From positions 1-45,871 of the forward strand of contig CAYMOC010000004.1 in assembly GCA_964391965.1 (NCBI GenBank): a DNA stretch of 45,871 bases, in the 5' to 3' direction. This DNA is from an uncultured Thermoplasmatales archaeon (GTDB lineage: Archaea > Thermoplasmatota > E2 > DHVEG-1). Below, one piece after another: positions 9,916 through 20,126 of this stretch (position 1 is its first letter; every line of letters starts with the position of its first letter). The notes under the pieces are model-generated. The model saw nothing but the letters and a program-made list of their open reading frames with translations, was not told the DNA's origin and ran no database searches. The position numbers and the translations under genes are program-made.

Positions 9916-10345
9916 TTTTTTCATCAGTTTTCTTTTTTATACAATTTTTACATATCCCTTTGAAATAACCATGTACCTCTGTTATTTTATGACCTTCAGA
10001 TTGGATTTCATGTCTTATTTTTTCTACATTTGGACATTTGAAATCTATATCATAAATTCTGTTGCATTTTGTACAGAGGAAATGATGATGCATGTCTTTG
10101 TTGAAATCGTATCTTGCTTCTGTTGCACATATTGAAAGGTTTTGGATGATTCCTTCTAGTTTAAGTGTTTCAAGTGAGTTGTATACTGTTGTTTTTGATA
10201 GACTTGGATTTGTTTTTTTAAGTTCTGTATATATTTCATCGGCTGTTGGATGTGTCCTGTGTTTATCAAGGTATTTTAGTATGGCTATGCGGTGGTGTGT
10301 TACTTTGAGGTCTTTTTCTTTTAGCATTTCTACATATTTTTCCAA
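9908..10345 (-). CDS. Fur-family transcriptional repressor, PerR-like
   Basis: [27 protein letters not shown]; first gene of the stress operon. Confidence 0.9.
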   Translation of the reverse strand: MEKYVEMLKEKDLKVTHHRIAILKYLDKHRTHPTADEIYTELKKTNPSLSKTTVYNSLETLKLEGIIQNLSICATEARYDFNKDMHHHFLCTKCNRIYDIDFKCPNVEKIRHEIQSEGHKITEVHGYFKGICKNCIKKKTDEKNE

Positions 10346-10363
10346 GTTTATTCCCCATACAAC

Positions 10364-10428
10364 TTTGAAACAATTTTCAAATTGTAATCATTTCAATTTA
10401 GGACTAAATACAAAATAGAGTATTTAAA
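10364..10428 (-). promoter_or_regulatory. Operon promoter with putative PerR/Fur operator(s)
   Basis: Minus-strand TATA TTTAAATA (10421-10428); 10-1-10 palindrome AAATTGTAAT-C-ATTTCAATTT with one mismatch (10379-10399); adjacent TTTGAAA-N4-TTTCAAA (10364-10381). Confidence 0.6.
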
Positions 10429-10481
10429 ACTTTCGTTAAAAAACTAAAAAAAGAATGAAAAAAAGAACTAAAAAAAGGAAT

Positions 10482-10691
10482 TTAACAAGAACTATGCTCT
10501 ATAGCATCATTAGGACAAGCATTAACACAAGCACAACACTCGATACACTCACCCACGTTATTACAAACAGCTTTACCATCCTTAAGAGAAAAAATATCAA
10601 CTGGACAGGCAGTAACACATTCACCCACACCAGTACATTTATCGTAATCAACAGTAATCTTAATATCGCCTTCTTCAAAATCTTTTTTCAT
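10482..10691 (-). CDS. Ferredoxin (dicluster 4Fe-4S/3Fe-4S type)
   Basis: CTGVGECVTACP and CIECCACVNACP; the first motif lacks its second Cys. Confidence 0.9.
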   Translation of the reverse strand: MKKDFEEGDIKITVDYDKCTGVGECVTACPVDIFSLKDGKAVCNNVGECIECCACVNACPNDAIEHSSC

Positions 10692-10772
10692 AAAACTAAA
10701 TTCAACCTCCACCAGAATATCTGATTTAAAGAATAGAAAAGGGTTATTTTAAACTTATCAAAAAAAAATAAG

Positions 10773-12398
10773 TTATAAACCAAGTCGTTCCTTGGCAACA
10801 TCTCTAAGATCAATTTTACGAATCTTACCACTAGCAGTCATCGGAAATTCCTGTGTAAAAATAATATATTTTGGAATCTTAAACCGAGAAATATTATCCT
10901 TACAGAAATCTTTGATTTCATCCTCAGAAGAATCTTTGCCCTTTCTAAGCTGGATAAAAGCACAGACTTCTTCACCATATTTCTCAGATGGAACTCCCAC
11001 TACTGCTACATCCTGAATTTTATCATTAGTATACAAGAATTCTTCGATTTCTCGAGGATAAACATTTTCTCCACCACGGATTATCATATCATCAGTCCGG
11101 CCCATAATACTAAAATAACCATCTTCATCCATAACTGCTAAATCCTTTGTATGAAGCCATCCATCCTCTATTGTATCCTCTGTTTTATCAGGCATCTTGT
11201 AATAACCTTTCATAATATTATATCCACGAGCAACAAGTTCACCAGGTTCACTTGGTGGAAGTTCTTCACCTGTCGCAGGTTCAATAATTTTTGCTTCAAC
11301 ACCAGGAAGCACCTTTCCAACTGTTTCAACACGTTTCTTAACAGGGTCATCACGCCGTGTCTGAGTAATAACAGGTGATGCCTCAGTAAGCCCATAAGCA
11401 ATCGTTATCTCTTTCAGATTCATCTTCTCCATAGCCTTGTTCATAACCTCAATTGGACACGATGAACCTGCCATTATACCAGTACGCAAAGAAGATAAAT
11501 CATATTTATCAAAATCAGGATGTTGAAGTTCAGCGATAAACATAGTAGGAACACCCTGGACACCTGTACATTTTTCTTTCTCAATAGATTCAAGAACCTT
11601 TTCTGGTTTAAAAATCTCGACAGGTACCATAGTAGATCCATGAGTTACACAGTTCAAAGTCGACAACACACATCCAAAACAATGGAAAAATGGAACAGGT
11701 ATACACAACCTGTCCTTTTCAGACATATTCATTACTTCTCCAACATAATAAGCATTATTTACAATGTTTTTATGAGTCAACATAACGCCTTTTGGAAAAC
11801 CTGTTGTTCCACTAGTATACTGCATGTTAATAGTGTCATCAGGATCAAGACTATCCTTTCTTTTACTGTATTCTTCATCAGATACTTTATCAGATATTTT
11901 CTCGATTTCATCAAAATCAAGCATACCCTCAGGAGTTTCATCACCAATAAAAACAACATTTTTTAGATATGGAAAATCCTTGTTTTCATATTCACAAGGT
12001 TTACTATCTTTAAGATCAGGTAGGACTTTGTTTACCACATCTACATAGTCAACATCTTTAAAACCTTGAACAAGAAACAAAGTTGTTGCATCTGATTGTT
12101 TAAGAAGATATGAAAGTTCATTTGATTTATAATAAGTATTAACTGTAACTAAAACTGCACCAATTTTAGCACTAGCAAACTGCAAAAAAACCCATTCTGG
12201 AACATTATAAGCCCAAACAGCTATATGATCCCCTTTTTTAATCCCAAGAGCCATCAAACCTTTAGCAAGCCGGTTAACTCTTTCATTAAACTCTTTATAA
12301 TTATATCTAAGATTTCTGTTAACATACACTAATGCATCAGTATCTGGAAAATTTTCAGCGGTTTCATCTAAAATTTGACCTATTGTTTTGGATAACAT
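10773..12398 (-). CDS. AMP-forming acyl-CoA synthetase
   Basis: YTSGTTGFPKG, YGLTEASP, IIRGGENVYPREIE, TASGKIRK. Confidence 0.9.
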   Translation of the reverse strand: MLSKTIGQILDETAENFPDTDALVYVNRNLRYNYKEFNERVNRLAKGLMALGIKKGDHIAVWAYNVPEWVFLQFASAKIGAVLVTVNTYYKSNELSYLLKQSDATTLFLVQGFKDVDYVDVVNKVLPDLKDSKPCEYENKDFPYLKNVVFIGDETPEGMLDFDEIEKISDKVSDEEYSKRKDSLDPDDTINMQYTSGTTGFPKGVMLTHKNIVNNAYYVGEVMNMSEKDRLCIPVPFFHCFGCVLSTLNCVTHGSTMVPVEIFKPEKVLESIEKEKCTGVQGVPTMFIAELQHPDFDKYDLSSLRTGIMAGSSCPIEVMNKAMEKMNLKEITIAYGLTEASPVITQTRRDDPVKKRVETVGKVLPGVEAKIIEPATGEELPPSEPGELVARGYNIMKGYYKMPDKTEDTIEDGWLHTKDLAVMDEDGYFSIMGRTDDMIIRGGENVYPREIEEFLYTNDKIQDVAVVGVPSEKYGEEVCAFIQLRKGKDSSEDEIKDFCKDNISRFKIPKYIIFTQEFPMTASGKIRKIDLRDVAKERLGL

Positions 12399-12549
12399 AA
12401 TCTAGTTATACTCCCCTATTTTTAAAATCTAATTAACCAGGGGAATCCAAAAAATATCTAATAAAGGTTATGGAAAAAACATAATGTAATCATATTGTTG
12501 TAAATCAAGAATCTTTAAACAAGATTAAAACATTAAACCAAAAAATAAA

Positions 12550-13569
12550 ATGGAATACGTTAGCGGAAAAATTTTAACAAAAAATGGATTCGAAAAAGGA
12601 TATCTTGGATTTAACAAAAAACAAATAGTTGAAAAAGAAAAAAATAAACCACCAAAAAAACCAATCTCAAAAGGACTTATTGTTCCATGTTTCGTAAACA
12701 TGCACACCCATATTGGAGATTCTTTTATCAAAGAAAAAAACGTGAAACTTCCTAAAGATGTTAAAAAACTTGTAGCACCACCAGATGGAATTAAACATCA
12801 AATGTTGAAACAAACACTACAGCATGAGATCGTTGAAGGCATGGAAAAATCAATAGAGTTCATGATAAAAAATGGTGTAAACGTTTTTTGTGATTTCCGA
12901 GAAAACGGGATAATGGGAATAAGCGAACTTAAAACCGCATTAACTATGAATAAGAATATTTCCTCTGTGATTCTTTCCCGCCCTGATGAAATGTTCTATT
13001 ATAAAAACGAAATCGATTTATTACTTAGACACTCCGATGGAATCGGGTTGAGTAGTATATCAGATTGGGATTATTCTGAAATAGAAAAAATTGCGAAACA
13101 TGTTAAAAAAAAGAACAAAAAATTTGGCCTGCATGCTAGTGAAAGAATAAGAGAAGATATTGATTCAATACTTGATCTTAAACCTGATTTTTTGGTTCAT
13201 ATGAACAAAGCAACAGAATCAGATCTTATACTACTCAAAGAAAACGATATCCCTTTGGTTTTATGCCCTCGTTCCAATGATTTTTTTGGTCTTAAACAGG
13301 ATTATAAACGACTTAAAAAAATTGGTTTAAAACTTTGCATTGGAACTGATAACTGCATGCTTAATAACCCAAGTGTTTTAGATGAAATAAAATATGTTAA
13401 GAAAAAAACCAAAGTTTTTAGCTTAGAAGAACTGTTAAACATGGTTATTTTTACTCCAAGGAAAGCTTTAAATCACAGTCCCAGTATTCTTGGTGTCAAC
13501 TCATCAACCGATTTTGTGGTTTTGGATGAAAAAAACCTAAGGGTTTTGTATAATCCAAAAACGGTGTGA
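12550..13569 (+). CDS. Amidohydrolase-family protein (deaminase-like)
   Basis: NMHTHIGD, LHASE, VHM, CPRSN, IGTDN metal motifs. Confidence 0.85.
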   Translation: MEYVSGKILTKNGFEKGYLGFNKKQIVEKEKNKPPKKPISKGLIVPCFVNMHTHIGDSFIKEKNVKLPKDVKKLVAPPDGIKHQMLKQTLQHEIVEGMEKSIEFMIKNGVNVFCDFRENGIMGISELKTALTMNKNISSVILSRPDEMFYYKNEIDLLLRHSDGIGLSSISDWDYSEIEKIAKHVKKKNKKFGLHASERIREDIDSILDLKPDFLVHMNKATESDLILLKENDIPLVLCPRSNDFFGLKQDYKRLKKIGLKLCIGTDNCMLNNPSVLDEIKYVKKKTKVFSLEELLNMVIFTPRKALNHSPSILGVNSSTDFVVLDEKNLRVLYNPKTV

Positions 13570-13575
13570 AAAAAT

Positions 13576-14430
13576 TTGAGGGATGAAAAAGTGAAAGTTG
13601 AAGATGTAATGTCAGAAGAGTTGATAGTTGGATATGTACCTGGAACTGTTAAAGAAGCTATGAAGACATTAGCTGAACATGACGTATCAGGTATGCCTAT
13701 TCTTAAAGAGGATACTAAAAAAGTGGTAGGAGTATTAACTCGAAGTGACATTTTCCGTAACCCTGATGAAGATCAATTAGCTCTTGTAATGAGTAAAGAT
13801 TTTTTGTATATTGATAAAGATGAAGATATCAAAAAAGCAGCTGAAATGCTTTACAAGTATAGGATTCATGGACTACCAGTTCTTAACAGCCGAAAAAACC
13901 TTGTTGGAATCATCAGTCCCACCGATATCATTAAAAAACTTTTGAAAGAAAAAGATACCACTGTTGAAGATTTTTATACATCAAGAGCAATCCCTGTTTA
14001 TAAAAAAACACCGATAAATGTTGTTATGGAAATAATAAACGTGACCCATGAAAACGCTCTTCCTATTTTAGATGATGATCTTCAAATTATAGGTATGGTT
14101 AGTGATGGGGATGTTTTTAAACATAGTTCTGTAAAAGAAGGAATAACAACTTCTAATATGGGGCTTGGTGAAGATGAGGATCAGTGGACTTGGGAAGGAA
14201 TACGTGATACTGTTCGCATGTATCATTCCACTTCAGAACTTGAATTTCCAGATATAAATGTTGATGAAGTAATGATAACAAGTGTTGTTAAAACGTTTGA
14301 ACATAGCAAAGTTTGTGATGTAGCAGAAAAAATTATTAAGAAAAAAATAGAGCAACTACCTGTTGTTAACGCTGAAAATCGTTTACTTGGAATGATAACA
14401 GATATTGATCTTATGAAATGTTTACTATAA
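13576..14430 (+). CDS. Four-CBS-domain protein
   Basis: Repeated LPV...LVGII/GMIT..D CBS motifs. The start may be GTG 13591. Confidence 0.9.
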   Translation: MRDEKVKVEDVMSEELIVGYVPGTVKEAMKTLAEHDVSGMPILKEDTKKVVGVLTRSDIFRNPDEDQLALVMSKDFLYIDKDEDIKKAAEMLYKYRIHGLPVLNSRKNLVGIISPTDIIKKLLKEKDTTVEDFYTSRAIPVYKKTPINVVMEIINVTHENALPILDDDLQIIGMVSDGDVFKHSSVKEGITTSNMGLGEDEDQWTWEGIRDTVRMYHSTSELEFPDINVDEVMITSVVKTFEHSKVCDVAEKIIKKKIEQLPVVNAENRLLGMITDIDLMKCLL

Positions 14431-14469
14431 AAAAAATTTAAAAGTTTTTAATGGAGAAAAACCGGTTTT

Positions 14470-16116
14470 ATGCCTCAGGATGTCTTTGAAAAAATAATGA
14501 CTCTTGCTAAAAGACGGGGTTTTATTTATCCTTCTTTTGAAATCTATGGAGGCGTAGCTGGTTTTTATGACTATGGACCACTGGGTTCTAGACTAAAAGA
14601 AAATATTGAGAATCTGTGGAAACAATACTACAAATATCGGGATAATTGTATTGAGATACAATCTGCTAACGTTACACTTTTTGAGGTTTTAAAAGCATCA
14701 GGTCATGTTGACGAGTTTACAGATCTTACAGTTGATTGTAAACAGTGTAATGAATCTTTTAAAGTCGAAGGAATAATCGAGGATGACCTTAGTGTTGATG
14801 AGGCTTTAGAGAAAAAACTTGTAAAGTGTCCAAATTGTGGTAATGTTTTAAAGGATGCTTACCCGGTTAATTTAATGTTTCAAACAAAAATAGGTATAGG
14901 TAGCAGTCGTGATGCATTCTTACGTCCTGAAACTGCTCAGGGGATTTTTACTAATTTTCATCTGTTGTATCGTTTCGCCCGTGAAAAACTACCTTTTGGA
15001 GTAATACAGATTGGGAAAGGATTTCGTAATGAGGTTTCACCACGTCAGGGAATAATAAGACTTCGAGAGTTTAACATGGCTGAAGCAGAAATCTTTTTTG
15101 ATCCAGATAACAAAAAACATAGTGGTTTTGAGAAAATAAAAAACGAAAAAATTCATTTATTTGATAATGAAAAAGAAATAGATATATCTTACAAAGATGC
15201 CATCAAAAAGGGTTTTGTTAACAATGAAGCATTAGCATATTACATGTTTTTAACAAATGATTTTTTGCTATCAATAGGGGTAGATCCAAAAAAACTTAGA
15301 TTCCGTAAACATGCAGATGATGAACTTGCTCATTACGCACAGGAATGCTGGGATGCAGAGCTTTTTAGTGAACGCTTTGGATGGGTGGAATGTGTAGGTA
15401 TCGCTGATCGATCAGCATTTGATCTTGAGTCACATATCACATCTTCTAAAAATGATATGTATGCTATGCGTAAATATGATACGCCAAAATCTGTGAAAGT
15501 CAAAAAATTTGTTCCAAAAATGGATGTACTTGGACCAAAGTTTAAAGGACAAGCTGGTTTGATAAAAGAAGAAATCGAGAAACTTGATCCCAATAAAACA
15601 GAAAAACCTGTTGTTGAAATAGATGGAAAAAAAATAAAGATCCCTAATGATTGCTATGATGTTGAAGAGAGTATTGAAAAAATAACTGGTGATAAGTTTG
15701 TACCACATGTTATAGAACCATCTTATGGAATTGACAGGATTTTATACTGTGTTTTAGAACAAAACTACAAAGAAACCAAAAAAGAAGGAGAAGAATACAA
15801 GTTTTTAAAACTAAAACCAGCTGTAGCACCAATAAAAACAGGTGTATTTCCTCTCGTAAGTGATGAAAAACTAGTTAAAACTGCTAAAGAAATTGATGAA
15901 AAACTACGTGAAAACTGTATTGAAAGCTATTATGATGAAAGTGGTAGTATAGGTCGTCGTTACGCACGGATGGATGAAGTAGGTACACCTTTTTGCATAA
16001 CTGTCGATCATGATACTTTAAAAGATAAAATGGTTACTATAAGAAACAGAGATACAACAAAACAAGATAGAGTAAAAATTGAAAAAATAATTCAATATCT
16101 AACTTCAAAAATATAA
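14470..16116 (+). CDS. glyS: Glycine--tRNA ligase (homodimeric archaeal type)
   Basis: LRPETAQGIF, FRNEVSPRQGIIRLREF, VIEPSYGIDR, SIGRRYARMDEVGTPF. Confidence 0.97.
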   Translation: MPQDVFEKIMTLAKRRGFIYPSFEIYGGVAGFYDYGPLGSRLKENIENLWKQYYKYRDNCIEIQSANVTLFEVLKASGHVDEFTDLTVDCKQCNESFKVEGIIEDDLSVDEALEKKLVKCPNCGNVLKDAYPVNLMFQTKIGIGSSRDAFLRPETAQGIFTNFHLLYRFAREKLPFGVIQIGKGFRNEVSPRQGIIRLREFNMAEAEIFFDPDNKKHSGFEKIKNEKIHLFDNEKEIDISYKDAIKKGFVNNEALAYYMFLTNDFLLSIGVDPKKLRFRKHADDELAHYAQECWDAELFSERFGWVECVGIADRSAFDLESHITSSKNDMYAMRKYDTPKSVKVKKFVPKMDVLGPKFKGQAGLIKEEIEKLDPNKTEKPVVEIDGKKIKIPNDCYDVEESIEKITGDKFVPHVIEPSYGIDRILYCVLEQNYKETKKEGEEYKFLKLKPAVAPIKTGVFPLVSDEKLVKTAKEIDEKLRENCIESYYDESGSIGRRYARMDEVGTPFCITVDHDTLKDKMVTIRNRDTTKQDRVKIEKIIQYLTSKI

Positions 16117-16144
16117 AAAAATAAAGGTTTTTTAAAAGAAAAAA

Positions 16145-16438
16145 TTATGATGGCAACAAGTTTGAGATTATTTCTACGAATAATTCAGCTAAACCCATTA
16201 CAACATTTACACAAAAATCTACAAATAGTTCAACAATCTTTAAGAGTAGACCAAAAATAAACTCTGGTTGAGGCTCATTAATTTTGTTAGAGACTGATTC
16301 TTCTATTTGTTCCATTACATTTTTTTCTTTAGAGTCGATAATTTTTGCAGCATTAGTACTTGATATAGCAGGCATTGTTATCATTATTAATGCAGCAAAA
16401 ATACTTCCTAAAACTAAGATATTTTTCACGTTAATCAC
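16145..16438 (-). CDS. Small secreted or membrane protein, paralog of 31287-31583
   Basis: Signal peptide ending MPAISSTNA; amphipathic C-terminal helix. Confidence 0.7.
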   Translation of the reverse strand: MINVKNILVLGSIFAALIMITMPAISSTNAAKIIDSKEKNVMEQIEESVSNKINEPQPEFIFGLLLKIVELFVDFCVNVVMGLAELFVEIISNLLPS

Positions 16439-16535
16439 CTTTTTTATAAATATTATTTTATAATATATTTATAGTTTTCCATAACAAAAACAAAAATTTA
16501 ATAAAAAATAAAAAAAATAAAAATTTTATAGTTTT

Positions 16536-18293
16536 TTATTCTTTAACAATTACTTCTACTTCTTTGGTCATACTGTCTTCTGCACCGTTATTATCGACTA
16601 CTTCGAGGGTTACAAGATATATTCCTGGTTCTGGAGGGATTGCTGTTATAACTGGCCCTAGTTCTGTATGAGAATATTCATCTTTTTCTATGGTCCATCT
16701 GTACATGACTATGATTCCATCTGGATCAGAGCTGACTCTTCCATCGAATATTACAGGTTCACCTACTACAGGTTCTTCTGGTTCAACAGTGAAGTTTGCT
16801 TCAGGTGGAAGGTTTTCTTCGTCTTGTTTCATTGTAAAATTGACTATTTTTGTTTCTTCAGCTCTTATATGAACTGTTTTTACTGCAGTTTTATAACCAA
16901 GTTTTCTAACGCTGACAAGATAAAGGCCAGGTTTTAATTCTAGTTCGTAATATCCTTCTTCATCTGTGTTTGTTTCAAATATTTTATCTGGATTCATGCT
17001 TAAGAGTTTTCGAGCTTTTACATGTGCATCAGCTATTGGTTTTTCTTCTTCATCAGTAACAACGCCTTTTATTGTACCATTTTTATCATTGACTTCTTCA
17101 GCGACTTGAATATCTTTGCTGATAGAATCTGATGCTTCGTCATCATCAAGTACTGATAATTCAACATTATACAATCCGGCAACAGGTGGAATAATTTCTA
17201 TTATTTTTCCTTCAAAAGTATCTATTTCTTGTTCTCCATGTCGTATTACCCAAGAGTATTTGACGATTTCACCATCGGAATCTTCGCTGCATGATGCATT
17301 TAATACTAAGTTCTCTCCAACGATAGGTTGTTCTGGATTGTATTCAAAACATGCTTCCGGCGGCTGGTTTTCTTCCTCTATTTCATAATTTGCAATGATC
17401 TCTTTGTCCTCTTGCATTAGAACTTCAAGTGGGTTTTCATCGCCTTCTGCATCATTTGACCAATGATCAAAAACATGATCTTCATGTTCCTCTTGAACGG
17501 TTATCTCTACTTCAGTTCCTTGTTCATATACAGCATGAAGTTTTCCATCAGTTGTTGGCATTATTTCTAATGGTTCAGGATCAAGTGAAAACAAATCAAG
17601 TGGAAGTTCTCCAGGTACGGTGTCAAGAGTTAATACAACGTTTTCTAATTCTGATAGAGTAAAGTTAATTTCTTTTATTTCTTCAGGTTCAACAGCTACT
17701 TCTTTGCTTTCTTCTTTGTATCCTTCTTTACATGCTGAAACCATATAAAGTCCAGAACTTACTTTCATTTTGTAATAACCTAAATCATCTGTCACAGCTT
17801 CTGCGACCTTGTTTAATTCACTTTCTACCATTGATTTAACTATTATTTTTGCTTCAGAAATAGGATTTTCTTCTTCATCTTTAACATATCCTTCAATTAT
17901 TGACTCTTCAGGGTCTTCAACTGGTTTCATTGAAATTAAATGAACTGGTAGAGCTTGTAGGAAGATACATATCAAAAAGAGTCTTGGTGACATGAACAAA
18001 GAAAATTTTACTTGATATTCTACTTCTAATCCATCCTCTTTTATTACATCTTCTTGATTTATTGGATACAATTTATCAAATGATAATCCCATTATTTTTA
18101 TTTCTTTATCTGTTTCTATGATGTATTTTTCTTTTAGATTTGATTCTTTGACTGTACCCGTTCCTTCTAGTTGTTTACTAAAAATATCTGGTCCATCTAA
18201 TCTAACTTTTTTTTGTTGTGCAACAGCCCCACTAGCAGCAGTTAATAAAAACGCAGCTGCTAAAAATACACAAAATAATTTTTTATAACGCAT
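16536..18293 (-). CDS. Secreted surface protein with two carboxypeptidase-regulatory-like and two PKD domains
   Basis: Signal peptide; IEGYVKDE/IKGVVTDE...TD..GYY repeats; NQPPEA/NLPPEA...SDPDG.IV.Y.W PKD repeats. Confidence 0.8.
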   Translation of the reverse strand: MRYKKLFCVFLAAAFLLTAASGAVAQQKKVRLDGPDIFSKQLEGTGTVKESNLKEKYIIETDKEIKIMGLSFDKLYPINQEDVIKEDGLEVEYQVKFSLFMSPRLFLICIFLQALPVHLISMKPVEDPEESIIEGYVKDEEENPISEAKIIVKSMVESELNKVAEAVTDDLGYYKMKVSSGLYMVSACKEGYKEESKEVAVEPEEIKEINFTLSELENVVLTLDTVPGELPLDLFSLDPEPLEIMPTTDGKLHAVYEQGTEVEITVQEEHEDHVFDHWSNDAEGDENPLEVLMQEDKEIIANYEIEEENQPPEACFEYNPEQPIVGENLVLNASCSEDSDGEIVKYSWVIRHGEQEIDTFEGKIIEIIPPVAGLYNVELSVLDDDEASDSISKDIQVAEEVNDKNGTIKGVVTDEEEKPIADAHVKARKLLSMNPDKIFETNTDEEGYYELELKPGLYLVSVRKLGYKTAVKTVHIRAEETKIVNFTMKQDEENLPPEANFTVEPEEPVVGEPVIFDGRVSSDPDGIIVMYRWTIEKDEYSHTELGPVITAIPPEPGIYLVTLEVVDNNGAEDSMTKEVEVIVKE

Positions 18294-18420
18294 TTTTTGG
18301 CACCTCTTCAATGCAATTTTTTATCTTAATATTATATTTATATTTTTAATTATATATAAATGTTTTCCAATAAAAAAGATAAATGTTACAAAAAAACCAA
18401 TATAAAATAGAAAAAAAAGA

Positions 18421-19737
18421 TTATAAAGAAGAAAGAGACCTATCTAAAATATCCAAAGCCTCATCAATTTCCTCAGAACCTACAATCAAAGGCGGCCGGA
18501 AACGAATAGTTTTAGAACCACAACCCAAAATAACCATACCATTAGAATACATAATATTTTTTAATTCATCACGCTTCTGAGGAGATTCAAGATCAAAAGC
18601 ACACATAAGTCCACGACCACGAGCATTAAACATTTTGTCAGGATATTTCTCCATCAAATCATTCAAACCAGAAAGCAAACGCTTACCCTGAACTTCAGCA
18701 TTTTTAACCAAATTCTCTTCCTTAATAACCTCAAGATATTTCTGACAACGAACCATATCCACAAGATTTCCACCCCAAGTAGAATTAATACGACTAGAAA
18801 CCCTGAAAACATTATCCTCGACATCATCAACACGACTATTAACCATGATACCACAAACCTGGGTTTTCTTACCAAACGCAAGAATATCTGGTGTAGCGCC
18901 AAGATGCTCATAAGCCCACATTTTACCAGTTAAACCAAGACCAGACTGAACCTCATCAACCATAAACATAATATCATTCTCATCACAAATACGACGAAGT
19001 TCTTGGAAAAACTCAGAACGAAAATGATTATCACCACCCTCTCCTTGAATAGGTTCTAGAATAAGGCAAGCTATATCATCAGGATTCTCAGATACAGCTT
19101 TATTTATCTGATCAATAGACTTTTTCTCAATTTCCTTGACTTTTTTAAGATTTTCATCATCCAATGGAAAAGAGACTTTTGGATTAACAACCCTCGGCCA
19201 ATTAAGAATTGGAAAATACCTGGTTTTATTCGGATCGAAAGTATTAGTCATAGGAAGAGTATAACCAGTTCTTCCATGAAAAGCATCCTTAAAATGAATA
19301 ACCTGAGAGCCAAGTTCACCTTTACCCTCAACTATATTTTTTCTAACTTTCCAATCAAAAGAAACCTTAAGACCATTCTCAACAGCAAGAGAACCACCAC
19401 TTACAAAAAACAAATGCTCAAAAGATTCAGGAACAGCAATTTTTCCAAAAGTATCCACAAACTCAGCCATTTCAACAGTGTAATTATCAGAATTAGAAGG
19501 TTTATTAACAGCAACTTTACCTATTTTTTTAATAAAATCTGGGTTATCTAAAGCAGGATGATTACAGCCAAGAGGAGCTGAAGCAAAAAAAGAAAAACAA
19601 TCAAGTAAAAATTTATCGTTTCTGGAATCATAAATTCTACAGCCTTTACTTTTTTTCATATCAAAAACAAGATCAAAACCATCCACAAGCATATATTTTC
19701 CAAGAGTCTTATGAACTTCTTTTGCTAACATAGTCAT
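18421..19737 (-). CDS. lat: L-lysine 6-transaminase
   Basis: NKPSNSD, AFHGRTGYTL, EPIQGEGGDNHF, DEVQSG, FGKKTQVCG, SRINSTWGG. Confidence 0.92.
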   Translation of the reverse strand: MTMLAKEVHKTLGKYMLVDGFDLVFDMKKSKGCRIYDSRNDKFLLDCFSFFASAPLGCNHPALDNPDFIKKIGKVAVNKPSNSDNYTVEMAEFVDTFGKIAVPESFEHLFFVSGGSLAVENGLKVSFDWKVRKNIVEGKGELGSQVIHFKDAFHGRTGYTLPMTNTFDPNKTRYFPILNWPRVVNPKVSFPLDDENLKKVKEIEKKSIDQINKAVSENPDDIACLILEPIQGEGGDNHFRSEFFQELRRICDENDIMFMVDEVQSGLGLTGKMWAYEHLGATPDILAFGKKTQVCGIMVNSRVDDVEDNVFRVSSRINSTWGGNLVDMVRCQKYLEVIKEENLVKNAEVQGKRLLSGLNDLMEKYPDKMFNARGRGLMCAFDLESPQKRDELKNIMYSNGMVILGCGSKTIRFRPPLIVGSEEIDEALDILDRSLSSL

Positions 19738-19944
19738 ATTAAATTTTACCCTCCAATAATTATTACATTTGTTGCTGTTTAACGGGTATCAATCTCATGT
19801 ATAAAACGGTATCGGACGAGTATGTAATTCAGACCAAATATTCCAATAGCTTTATTTCCTATTTACAGACGTATATACATAAAATAAAATATACTTAGAT
19901 ATATTTTTTAAGATTGTTTTTTGTATATATAAAAGAAAGGAGTA

Positions 19945-20112
19945 TGAGGAGAAAAAACCAAAGGTTTTTCTGAGGAGGTTAAACATTTGGGAAGGGATGA
20001 GATATCAAATGTTTAATATCTTTTTCCAATGGGATGAGACATGACCTTTGGTTTTTTTCCTCAATATGGATCTCTCTTATTTTTTTCCACCCAAAAAAAA
20101 GATGGGATGAGA
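19945..20112. ncRNA. Candidate structured RNA with three GGGATGAGA nonamers
   Basis: 20-bp stem 19945-19965/20044-20063 with one bulge, enclosing a perfect 11-bp stem 19979-19989/20006-20016. GGGATGAGA at 19994, 20031 and 20104. Confidence 0.45.
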
Positions 20113-20126
20113 ATTTAATTTTGTTT

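Noticed and set aside
19945..20112. Canonical C/D box sRNA
   Set aside because: There is one CTGA and several GGATGA, but no RTGATGA...CTGA ends with the usual guide spacing.
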